Shown here: piece after piece, positions 9,600 through 17,909 of the stretch
How the letters are laid out: each line of letters opens with the position of its first letter
How positions within the stretch are numbered: the stretch's first letter is position 1
DNA from: a virus
IMG/VR virus record: IMGVR_UViG_3300044844_000854
Location: 1-64,000 of that record
Length of the DNA stretch: 64,000 nt
Direction: 5' to 3' (one strand)
The notes under the pieces: model-generated
What the model saw: only the letters and a program-made list of their open reading frames with translations
Database searches by the model: none
Told to the model about the DNA's origin: nothing
Translations under genes and position numbers: made by a program

Positions 9600-10283
9600 A
9601 TGAAAACTACTTTTAAAGATAATGTTCATATGACTTTTAAGGCTGTATATTGCTTAAATGAATTAGTCAATGGATCATCATTTTTACTTAGTCCCTTGAA
9701 TGATACTAGCAATATCGTTGCAATGGTAAATGATACAGTTATCAATTTTCATTCTTGTAAAGCTGTTCATTTTGATGAAAAACTTTATTATAAAAATGAG
9801 AATGGATTTAAAAAACTCTGTCAATCAGTTATTTTTAAATGTAAAAATGATTTGAATGCTTCTCTGTTGGTTCAAGTATTTTTTGATCAATATCATTACA
9901 ATATCAATGAACATACAAGTTTTGAATTTAATAGAATGTATGATATTTCTTTAGAATGGGCTGTTGAAGGTCAATCAGAAGATTTCATCTATTCTTCATT
10001 TATTCATCATAAAAAGAATTTACTTGTTTTTTATCCAGCTTTAAGCCGTCAAGCTTTCTTATTTGGCTATGAAATTGAATTAAGTTTAATCGAGTTAAGA
10101 AAAGACAGATTAGTCAATGAACTAGCTATTAAAAATCTTGAAAATAAACAAGATAAAATTCTTTTAAAGTTTCTTGTTCAAAACTTGATCCACACTCAAA
10201 AAGAAATTTATTCAAGATATAATAATGATCAAGTGATTGAAATTGAGCATCACTATTTAAACAAAGTTTTAAGAAAAATTTAA
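9600..10283 (+). CDS. Hypothetical protein (227 aa)
   Basis: TAAGGT RBS; leader resembles that of ORF 8238. Confidence 0.7.
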   Translation: MKTTFKDNVHMTFKAVYCLNELVNGSSFLLSPLNDTSNIVAMVNDTVINFHSCKAVHFDEKLYYKNENGFKKLCQSVIFKCKNDLNASLLVQVFFDQYHYNINEHTSFEFNRMYDISLEWAVEGQSEDFIYSSFIHHKKNLLVFYPALSRQAFLFGYEIELSLIELRKDRLVNELAIKNLENKQDKILLKFLVQNLIHTQKEIYSRYNNDQVIEIEHHYLNKVLRKI

Positions 10284-10373
10284 GGCTGTTCACTCACTAG
10301 CAAATAAAAAAACTGTCATCTATCCTATATAAATTCTTCTGTTGCTGTTGCTAGTGTACCATAATAAAAAATC

Positions 10374-10520
10374 CTGTTGGCTGTCGCTGTTGCTGTTGGC
10401 TGTCGCTGTTGCTGTCGCTGTCGCTGTTGCTGTTGCTGTTGGCTGTCGCTGTTGCTGTTGGCTGTCGCTGTCGCTGTCGCTGTTGCCTGTCGCTGTTGCC
10501 TGTTGCTGTTGCCTGTTGCC
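10374..10520 (+). repeat. Tandem array of about 23 CTGT(T/C)G units (6-7 bp)
   Basis: Counted directly; two more units at 10339-10350. Confidence 0.95.
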
Positions 10521-10529
10521 TATCCACAT

Positions 10530-10607
10530 GAAAACAGCATGACAGCATAAGACAGCATGAAAACAGCATGAAAACAGCATAAAAACAATACAACATGAAA
10601 ACAGCAG
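10530..10607 (-). repeat. Inverted array of six ACAGC cores (GCTGT on -), mostly 8-11 bp apart
   Basis: ACAGC at 10534, 10542, 10552, 10563, 10574 and 10601; the first five read ACAGCAT. Confidence 0.85.
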
Positions 10608-11082
10608 AAAACACATAAAAAGACAATTTAAAACATTCATTTTAAGATAGTTTTAGATCTAAATTTTAAAACCTATAAAAAATTCAAGTAGGTAGTTATA
10701 GGTTTATATATGCTCAAAAGTGATAAATCCCAATGCTCAAAAATTCAATTTAAGCCACCTTTTAGCTCGTTTTTGTGGTGATAAATGCATACATTCTTAT
10801 TATAGTATCAATCATAATCTATTGTTTAAAGAATGCTTTAAAATGCTTGCTATATGATAAGAATGCATGACTTGAACTGATAGATGATATAAGGTGACTT
10901 GTCAATAATGAATATTTAAAAAGTATGTTCTAAGTATATCACAAGTAAAAATGATAGAGTGATAACATAAAAATGATAGTAGTGATAAATGCTAAAAGGT
11001 ATTAAATCAATATAAACAAGAGAAAGAGATATAAAAGTAGATTGAAACTGATGGTAAGAATAAAGGTATAAATTTTTAAGGG

Positions 11083-11106
11083 GGTGTATATATGCACCGT
11101 TTTTTT
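11083..11106 (+). terminator. Near-palindrome plus T tract (terminator-like), overlapping a minus-strand motif copy
   Basis: GGTGTATA/TATGCACC followed by GTTTTTTT. Confidence 0.4.
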
Positions 11107-12454
11107 GGTAGTGTTTAGGTATAAAATGAACAAGTTGACCATATGAAAAATGAGAAAGGCTGAACACGACTCGCAGTAAAATATAAACTTTTTAGTGAAC
11201 ATGATACTGAACATGAGCCCAAAACAAATGATAATAGAAAAAGATACCCCCCCCCATGAGAAAAAAAATTAAAAGAAAAGAACACAATCGTATGCCTGCA
11301 GGTACTCAAGGCACAAATGGTAAAAAATGGCTATGGTAAAAAACGGAAGGGAATAAAACCAAACTACTTCTAGCTATATAATAATATGTGATACATTATA
11401 ACAATGAATAGTCAATCAAGTTACAATGATGGTATAAACTAAAGGCACAACAAACATAATCAAGAAAACAATAAACATAATCAAGTGATGGGTAAAGAGA
11501 TAGCTAAAGAATGGTAATAAAATGGTCAACCAATAGCACATGATCAAGTAACATACTAAAAAACTGAATGGTAAAAATCCAAACAATAATTCTCTAGCTA
11601 TATAAGTAAAGTATAGTGATAAGTAATAGCTAAAGAGTAGACAATCAAGGCAGTATAATGGTTAAGCATAAAAGTAAATAGTCAATCCAAAGAATAGTCA
11701 ATCTATGGTATGGTTATGGTTATGGCAATGGCTCAAGTGTTATGGCTCAAGTGTGATATACTAAAGGTTGGTTATCGACCAAAAAAGATGAAGTAGTGTG
11801 AGTGGCAAGCACCTACTCTTTACACTAGAGTGCCTGTAAGAATACTAAGGTAAAAAAATGTGATGATAAAAAACTAAGGTAAAAAAAGTTATATGCATAA
11901 AATTGTGAAGAGAATATGCAGAAAGATTGGAAAAAGTGTAGAAAGAAAAAATGTGAATGTGATAAATGCTCAAATTTCTAGCAAATATGGATAAAAATGG
12001 ATAATAAAAAATGGTGGTGTAAAAATGTGGATAAACTACAGGCACAATGATTGAATGTTCTAGCTATATAAATTGCTAAAAATGGAATGTGAATAAAATG
12101 GATATGAAAAAAATGGGAAATAAATAAAGGTAAATAAAGAGAATGACATAAACAAACTAAGATAAATAAAGAATGGTATAAAAAGAACAAGGGCTCAAAT
12201 TGTCTTTAGCAATGGTAACTGTAAAAATGTATAGAAGAGAAAATATAGAAAGTGATAATGAAATGTTAAGTGATAAATGCCTATTTAGGTAAATAAAAGG
12301 TTCGATAAGGAAAATGAGAGTGGCAGAAAATCGCCCCCAGTGAGCTTTACACTAAAGGGTATAAAAAAAAGTTGAATAAAGTGGAAAAAATGATAAAGTA
12401 GGTATGTCATTCAATAACAATAGAGAAAAAATGGAATGACAGAAAGAGAAAAGA

Positions 12455-12892
12455 ATGTATAGAAGTTCAAAAACGATAGGCAATTTACCATGTGCCCACA
12501 GGAGATGGCGACACAACGGTCATTGTAAGTGGGTGCATGGGTACTCTAGGTCATTTGAATTTTGGTTTGAGTCTGATAATCTAGATGAGATGGGATTTGT
12601 TGTTGATTTTGGTGGATTAAAATGGTTACAAGAGTGGCTATTGTCTAAATATGATCATACATTACTGATAGATGAGAGTGATCCGTTGTTACCAATGTTT
12701 TTAGAATTGGAAGAAAAAGAAGGTTGCAAATTAACTGTCTATGAAAATGTAGGAATGGAAGGAAGTGCAGAGTATGTTGGTAGCTATGTAAAAGAAAAGC
12801 TAGAAGAATTATATGGTAACAGAGTAAGGCTAATCAGTGTAGAGTGTCGTGAGAATGACAAGAATAGTGGGGGGATATGGTATTCAAAGTAA
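12455..12892 (+). CDS. queD: 6-carboxy-5,6,7,8-tetrahydropterin synthase (QueD / 6-PTPS family)
   Basis: CAHR...HCKWVHGY Zn ligands and catalytic Cys, GFVVDFGGLK, YDHTLL, C-terminal E-N-x-x-N-S. Confidence 0.9.
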   Translation: MYRSSKTIGNLPCAHRRWRHNGHCKWVHGYSRSFEFWFESDNLDEMGFVVDFGGLKWLQEWLLSKYDHTLLIDESDPLLPMFLELEEKEGCKLTVYENVGMEGSAEYVGSYVKEKLEELYGNRVRLISVECRENDKNSGGIWYSK

Positions 12893-13278
12893 GAAAAAAG
12901 CGATTTACAGATAGTGGTCGTACAGGTAAGCAGGCGGTAGGTTACTTACAGGTATATAGTTTAGATACTGTAGATGGTGTAAAGTGGTTTAAGAAAAGGT
13001 TAGAGGCACTAAGGGTATGTGATGAGATGAATTTAGAGTATGTGAATTGTTACACGATAAAGAATGAGAAACCTGCTTATGTATTTCTAAATATGTTGAA
13101 TGGAAATTACACTATAGAGAAGATACCAATGAAGAGGACACAGAATTACAATAGGTCTAGGTGGGCATACCAAAGAGAAGTGTTGGTAAATAAGATGGGG
13201 GTACTTGGGTTTAATGTACAAGAGATGAGTACAGAAGAAATTAAAAAGTTAGTAGAGGAAAGAACAAATGAGAGTTGA
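12877..13278 (+). CDS. Hypothetical basic protein
   Basis: Overlaps both neighbours in an operon-like arrangement. Confidence 0.65.
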   Translation: MVFKVRKKRFTDSGRTGKQAVGYLQVYSLDTVDGVKWFKKRLEALRVCDEMNLEYVNCYTIKNEKPAYVFLNMLNGNYTIEKIPMKRTQNYNRSRWAYQREVLVNKMGVLGFNVQEMSTEEIKKLVEERTNES

Positions 13279-13771
13279 TTATGTGACTGTTCTAGGCTAC
13301 CCACAACCAAAAGAGAGAAGTGGTGTAGGAGCATATGGTAATTTATATAAGAAGAAAAAAACTCGTGATTATGAGCAAAGAGTAATGGAAGAATTTGCTA
13401 AATTACTTGGAGCATCTATCTATAAAGGTTTAATCTATGTAGATATTATTTGTATATTTAAGAGAACAAAAGAACTATCAAAACGGTATAAAAACGGAAC
13501 ATACAAATATGGAACTAAAAGAATAGCACATTTAATAAAACCTGATCATGACAATATAAGAAAGAGTGTCTTAGATGGATTTCAATGTTTTATGGATGGT
13601 GGTGATTGTAGAGTAATTGGTGGGCTCACAATGAAGTATTATGCAAACATAGTGAATGAAATTGAAGAAGAAGAGAGAGTGGTAATTAGAGTGGTAAGTG
13701 AATGTGATCTAGAACAATTACATGTCTATATGCTAGAGCCAAATAATCTAATAGAGTTACTAAACAAATAA
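13268..13771 (+). CDS. rusA: RusA-family Holliday junction resolvase
   Basis: GYPQPKER N-terminus, KPDHDNIRKSVLDG catalytic motif, D-x-x-V downstream. Confidence 0.85.
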   Translation: MRVDYVTVLGYPQPKERSGVGAYGNLYKKKKTRDYEQRVMEEFAKLLGASIYKGLIYVDIICIFKRTKELSKRYKNGTYKYGTKRIAHLIKPDHDNIRKSVLDGFQCFMDGGDCRVIGGLTMKYYANIVNEIEEEERVVIRVVSECDLEQLHVYMLEPNNLIELLNK

Positions 13772-13846
13772 TTCTAGCAATTTTAAACATAAAGAGTATA
13801 TAATAGGGATTAAATAATGGAAATATAACAACATAGTAGGTATATC

Positions 13847-15628
13847 ATGAGTGATAAGACAACAAAAGAAATTGTGGAAGAAAACAAACCAATAAGAACA
13901 ACTAGTCAAAATAAGGTTAAGGTGAACAATCCTAAGAAAGATACGGGGATTGTGCTGACAAAACAAGAGATAATGGATTTAGCAGAGAAATGTTACTTGT
14001 TTTGTGAAAAGGGTAGTGGTGTAGAACTATACCCATACCAAAAGGAATTTGGGCTTAGAATAATCCAATCATTGTTACTAGAAGATAATGCTGAAATCAC
14101 TGCATTGTTTAGTAGACAAAGTGGTAAGACAGAAACGGTATCAACAATCGTACCAGGATTATGTGTGATATTACCAATATTAGCTAACATACCTGACATA
14201 GGTGTTGACCGTAGAATAGGTAAATTTAAGCATGGGTTTTGGGTAGGTATCTTTGCCCCAAACTATGAACTTGCAGGCATCATGCATACTCGTATGAGTA
14301 AGAGAATAACATCTCAAGAGATGGAAGAGATACTAAAAGACCCTGAAATCAATATCAATTTAGATCATGGTAGGAAGGTGTTAAGGTTGCCAAATGGTAG
14401 CTATGTAGATTCAAATAGTGCAGGTCCACAGACAAGTATAGAAGGTAAAACCTATCATTTGATTATATGTGAAGAAACACAGGATATTAGTGATTATAAG
14501 ATTAGAAAATCAATACACCCAATGGCAGCAGCGACAGGGGGGACTATTATTAAGATTGGAACACCTGCCCCTAGAAAGTGTGAATTTTATGAGGCATGTG
14601 AGAGAAATAGAAAGAAACAATTAAATCAATCTAATAGTGAACTAAAATGTCATTTTGAATTTGATTATACTGTAGCAAGTAATTACAATCCTAGATATGC
14701 AAGTTATATAGAAATGGAAATTGAACGACTTGGGTTTGATAGTGATGACTTTAGAATGTCCTACAGGTTGCATTGGATTTTGGAAAGAGGTACATTTATA
14801 TCACCTGAACAATTAGCAGAATGTGGAATTAAGAAAAGGGATAAACTAACATCTCATGGTGTTAAAGGTGAGAAATTGGAATTCCACAGGTATGATTATA
14901 TTGTGAGTGGTGATAAACTAACGGATAATTTGGTAGCAGGTATAGATATTGGTAGATCATCTGATAGCACGATTGTGACTGTAGGAAAAGTATGGTGGGA
15001 AAATCCTGTATATCGTAGTGGTGAAGATAGGTATTATTGTCATGTCATGGATTGGTTGGAATTACAAGGTGATGATCATGAAAAACAATACCCACAGATT
15101 GTTGAATTTCTTTCTAGGTTTAATATAGGCTCAATTGTGATAGATGCAACAGGTAGAGGTGATCCTATTTATGATCGTTTAAATGCAGACTATTCAGAGA
15201 AAGACATAGCAGTATACCCATTTATATTTACAAATAAAAGCAAACATGAAGGCTACACCATTCTATACCAAGAACTTGTAGAAGGTAGACTTACATATCC
15301 TAGTGGTGAACATTGTGCTAAGCTAACTAAATGGCGAAGATTTATAAACCAATTCAATGACTTAGAGAAGAATTGGAAAGGTAAATATATGGCAATTGAA
15401 GCCCCTACAACTAAAAATCATAGAGTAATTGACAAGCCACATGATGACTATCCTGATAGTTTAATGTTATTATGTTGGCTTGTGCATAGAAAGAACTACA
15501 GTGTAGAAACATCTGACAGATCAATCTTTGCTTTAGGTGACGACACATATTCACGAATGAGAAATAATCGTGGTGGTATAACTAGAAGAAATACAAGTAA
15601 GGGTAGAGATCGTTGGGGTATTGAATAA
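13847..15628 (+). CDS. terL: Terminase large subunit
   Basis: LYPYQ, Walker A SRQSGKTET, Walker B LIICEETQD, GTP coupling motif, nuclease GIDIGRSSDST, DATGRGD, HDDYPDS. Confidence 0.95.
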   Translation: MSDKTTKEIVEENKPIRTTSQNKVKVNNPKKDTGIVLTKQEIMDLAEKCYLFCEKGSGVELYPYQKEFGLRIIQSLLLEDNAEITALFSRQSGKTETVSTIVPGLCVILPILANIPDIGVDRRIGKFKHGFWVGIFAPNYELAGIMHTRMSKRITSQEMEEILKDPEININLDHGRKVLRLPNGSYVDSNSAGPQTSIEGKTYHLIICEETQDISDYKIRKSIHPMAAATGGTIIKIGTPAPRKCEFYEACERNRKKQLNQSNSELKCHFEFDYTVASNYNPRYASYIEMEIERLGFDSDDFRMSYRLHWILERGTFISPEQLAECGIKKRDKLTSHGVKGEKLEFHRYDYIVSGDKLTDNLVAGIDIGRSSDSTIVTVGKVWWENPVYRSGEDRYYCHVMDWLELQGDDHEKQYPQIVEFLSRFNIGSIVIDATGRGDPIYDRLNADYSEKDIAVYPFIFTNKSKHEGYTILYQELVEGRLTYPSGEHCAKLTKWRRFINQFNDLEKNWKGKYMAIEAPTTKNHRVIDKPHDDYPDSLMLLCWLVHRKNYSVETSDRSIFALGDDTYSRMRNNRGGITRRNTSKGRDRWGIE

Positions 15629-15741
15629 TTACTATAATATACTAGATAACTATAGAAATTATATAGGAAATAGTATATAAATATGTATAGATTACTAAGA
15701 AAACATTGCATAATATGTATGAAAAAACGGAGATTAAAGAA

Positions 15742-16080
15742 ATGACTATCTACAACCCATCTAGGTTAGTATCACTAGAAGAAATAAGCTCTATGACAGG
15801 GATAGATGCAACAATCATTAAAAAACATCTAAGAAGTGGTAGATTGATAGACCAAACAGAAGAAAATGTAAGAGATTATGTTGTCATGTTAGAAATGTCT
15901 AAAGATCGTTATAGTTCTAAAGACAGATATAACCATAGAGATGTAAAACGACACCATAAGTGGAAAACAGAAGATGAAATTGCTCTTAGTAAATTAAAAG
16001 CAGAAGAATATATTGAATTTGTAGGTAAAAAAGATGAAGATAAAGAAACACAAACAAATGAACAAAAAAACGGAGAATAA
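15742..16080 (+). CDS. Putative helix-turn-helix DNA-binding protein
   Basis: VSLEEISSMTGIDATIIKKHLRSGRL is HTH-like; CGGAG RBS favours the ATG at 15742. Confidence 0.55.
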   Translation: MTIYNPSRLVSLEEISSMTGIDATIIKKHLRSGRLIDQTEENVRDYVVMLEMSKDRYSSKDRYNHRDVKRHHKWKTEDEIALSKLKAEEYIEFVGKKDEDKETQTNEQKNGE

Positions 16081-16083
16081 CAA

Positions 16084-16476
16084 ATGGCAAATTATCCTAA
16101 AGAATGGTTTGTACCACCACAAGCAGTAAGAAACAATGCAATAGATGGACTAGAAAGACGGAAGGAAAAAGGTGGTGGTGGACTTACACCTAAACAATCA
16201 AGTACAGCAGGTGCAGGTGGTGGCTCTATAGGTAGTGGTGTACAAAGAGCAAGTGATTTAAAGAATGCAAATGCAATGAGCCCAGCTACTATGAAACGAA
16301 TGAAAGCATTTTTTGATAGACATTCTGCATTCAAAGAACACCATGATGATAAAATGAGTAAGGCTTATATCTCTTGGCAGCTTTGGGGTGGTGATGCAGG
16401 TAGGCAATGGGCAACAAGTGTTGTCAATAAAATGAATGAATTTGATGAGAAGGCTAAGGAAGATAAAAAAGGTTAA
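16084..16476 (+). CDS. Conserved head-module protein with a W-x-LWGGDAG motif
   Basis: PPQAVRNNA..GL, GVQRA..L, T.KRMKAFF.RH, ISWQLWGGDAGRQWA. Confidence 0.75.
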   Translation: MANYPKEWFVPPQAVRNNAIDGLERRKEKGGGGLTPKQSSTAGAGGGSIGSGVQRASDLKNANAMSPATMKRMKAFFDRHSAFKEHHDDKMSKAYISWQLWGGDAGRQWATSVVNKMNEFDEKAKEDKKG

Positions 16477-16862
16477 TTACCACCATTCTGCATTAAATAA
16501 GGTGGATATGTATTAGGTGTATTATATAGCTTTACATTGATTGCTCTTATGTCATTACGAGTTTCTTGTAATAGATTATTTTGTTGTGTAAGTACAGATG
16601 TTAAACTCTCTAGCTTTGTTGAATTATTTTCCATAATCTTTGTAAGATGTAGCACATTTTCTTCAATCGCTTTAATTCTACTAAGAGATTGATTTTCTAG
16701 TGATGTAATCTTATCTTCTAGCATCTTAATCTTTACTTCTTGATTAGATGTAGTTGAGTTAATAGAACTAATCCACATAATTGCAGGGATTACTGTAAAT
16801 GATGCGATTTTAACAAACCAATCGGTATAATCCTTTAGGTCATTAAAAGTGATTGCAGACAT
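16473..16862 (-). CDS. Single-TM membrane protein with a coiled coil (holin/accessory-like)
   Basis: Hydrophobic FVKIASFTVIPAIMWIS followed by heptads; GAGAGA RBS; the only credible minus-strand gene. Confidence 0.7.
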   Translation of the reverse strand: MSAITFNDLKDYTDWFVKIASFTVIPAIMWISSINSTTSNQEVKIKMLEDKITSLENQSLSRIKAIEENVLHLTKIMENNSTKLESLTSVLTQQNNLLQETRNDIRAINVKLYNTPNTYPPYLMQNGGN

Positions 16863-17014
16863 GATGTTCTCTCTTTCGTTTTACTATTCCGTTTTTTTGA
16901 GTATTATTCTGTGTTTTCTAGTGATTGACTAAATTCACATAGATGACTAAAATGTATATGTCTTAAATGACAAAACACTAAAAACCAATCTATGCTACTT
17001 GTTAGGAGATTAAC

Positions 17015-17491
17015 ATGATAGATAATAAAAATCAATGCATTGCTAAGGTAAATGATGCAATTAACAATGACTTTAAGAAGAGTCAAACACCTGTGTTATC
17101 AGCAGCAATTTTTGTAGCTCAATATGATGAAGATACAGATGAATATGCACTCACAATGTCTGTTTTAAGGTCTTGGATTAAAGATGAATTTGGTAAGAAA
17201 CAATTGATCAATTTTGATAACTATATCTTAGCTAAAGGTCATAAACTTGAACGAGTACACCAAAAACCACAAGATACAACTACACAAATTGAAGATACAA
17301 ATACACAAAAAACGGAAATTGAAAAACCTTTAGAAATCATTCCATTAGAAGAAATTGTTGCAGATGATGAAAGATTTCTATATGAGAATGTTGTTGTAGA
17401 TACACCTAAACAAGCACAATCACAACCTACATATCAAGCTAAGATACAACCTAAAGCTAGATCAAACAAACCACAACCAAAGAAGAGATAA
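17015..17491 (+). CDS. Hypothetical protein
   Basis: AGGAG RBS; basic, disordered C-terminus. Confidence 0.7.
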   Translation: MIDNKNQCIAKVNDAINNDFKKSQTPVLSAAIFVAQYDEDTDEYALTMSVLRSWIKDEFGKKQLINFDNYILAKGHKLERVHQKPQDTTTQIEDTNTQKTEIEKPLEIIPLEEIVADDERFLYENVVVDTPKQAQSQPTYQAKIQPKARSNKPQPKKR

Positions 17492-17492
17492 T

Positions 17493-17837
17493 ATGGATTT
17501 TAAGACATACCAAAAATTCACTAACACAACAGCTAAATACCCACAAGATCAAGCATTCCCATACCTTGCTTTAGGTTTAAATGGTGAGAGTGGTGAAGTA
17601 GCAGAAATCATTAAAAAAATCGTGAGAAAACAAATGTCATTCGATATTTTAAAAGATCAAACAATCCTAGAGCCTGATAGCTTACGACAACAAATTAAAG
17701 CAGAGCTTGGTGATGTATTATGGTATGTTGCACAAATCTGTGAGCAAGCTAATTTTGACCTTGAAGAAGTTGCACAAGCTAATGTTGACAAACTCACACA
17801 AAGAACAAAAGAAAATAATATCCAAAAATTAGATTAA
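17493..17837 (+). CDS. mazG: MazG-like nucleotide pyrophosphohydrolase
   Basis: LGLNGESGEVAEIIKK...ELGDVLWYVAQ...NVDKL. Confidence 0.9.
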   Translation: MDFKTYQKFTNTTAKYPQDQAFPYLALGLNGESGEVAEIIKKIVRKQMSFDILKDQTILEPDSLRQQIKAELGDVLWYVAQICEQANFDLEEVAQANVDKLTQRTKENNIQKLD

Positions 17838-17909
17838 GTTTATCTTCTCTTTAGATTGTTGTATATACTTATTATACAATTTACCTTTAGCAATAATCTA
17901 AGGAGAAAC

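Noticed and set aside
10374-10607. CRISPR array or LexA SOS boxes
   Set aside because: Units are 6-11 bp with no unique spacers; the nearest CTGT...ACAG pair across the centre is 17 bp apart, not the N8 of a LexA box
10320-10640. Overlapping ORFs 10320-10640(-), 10342-10542(+) and 10351-10626(-)
   Set aside because: Translations (ATATAT, AVAVAV, QRQRQ) are by-products of the stop-free CTGTYG array; no RBS
10916-12190. Short minus-strand ORFs rich in F/I/L/Y/H
   Set aside because: They reflect the pyrimidine-rich minus strand; low complexity, mutually overlapping, no RBS
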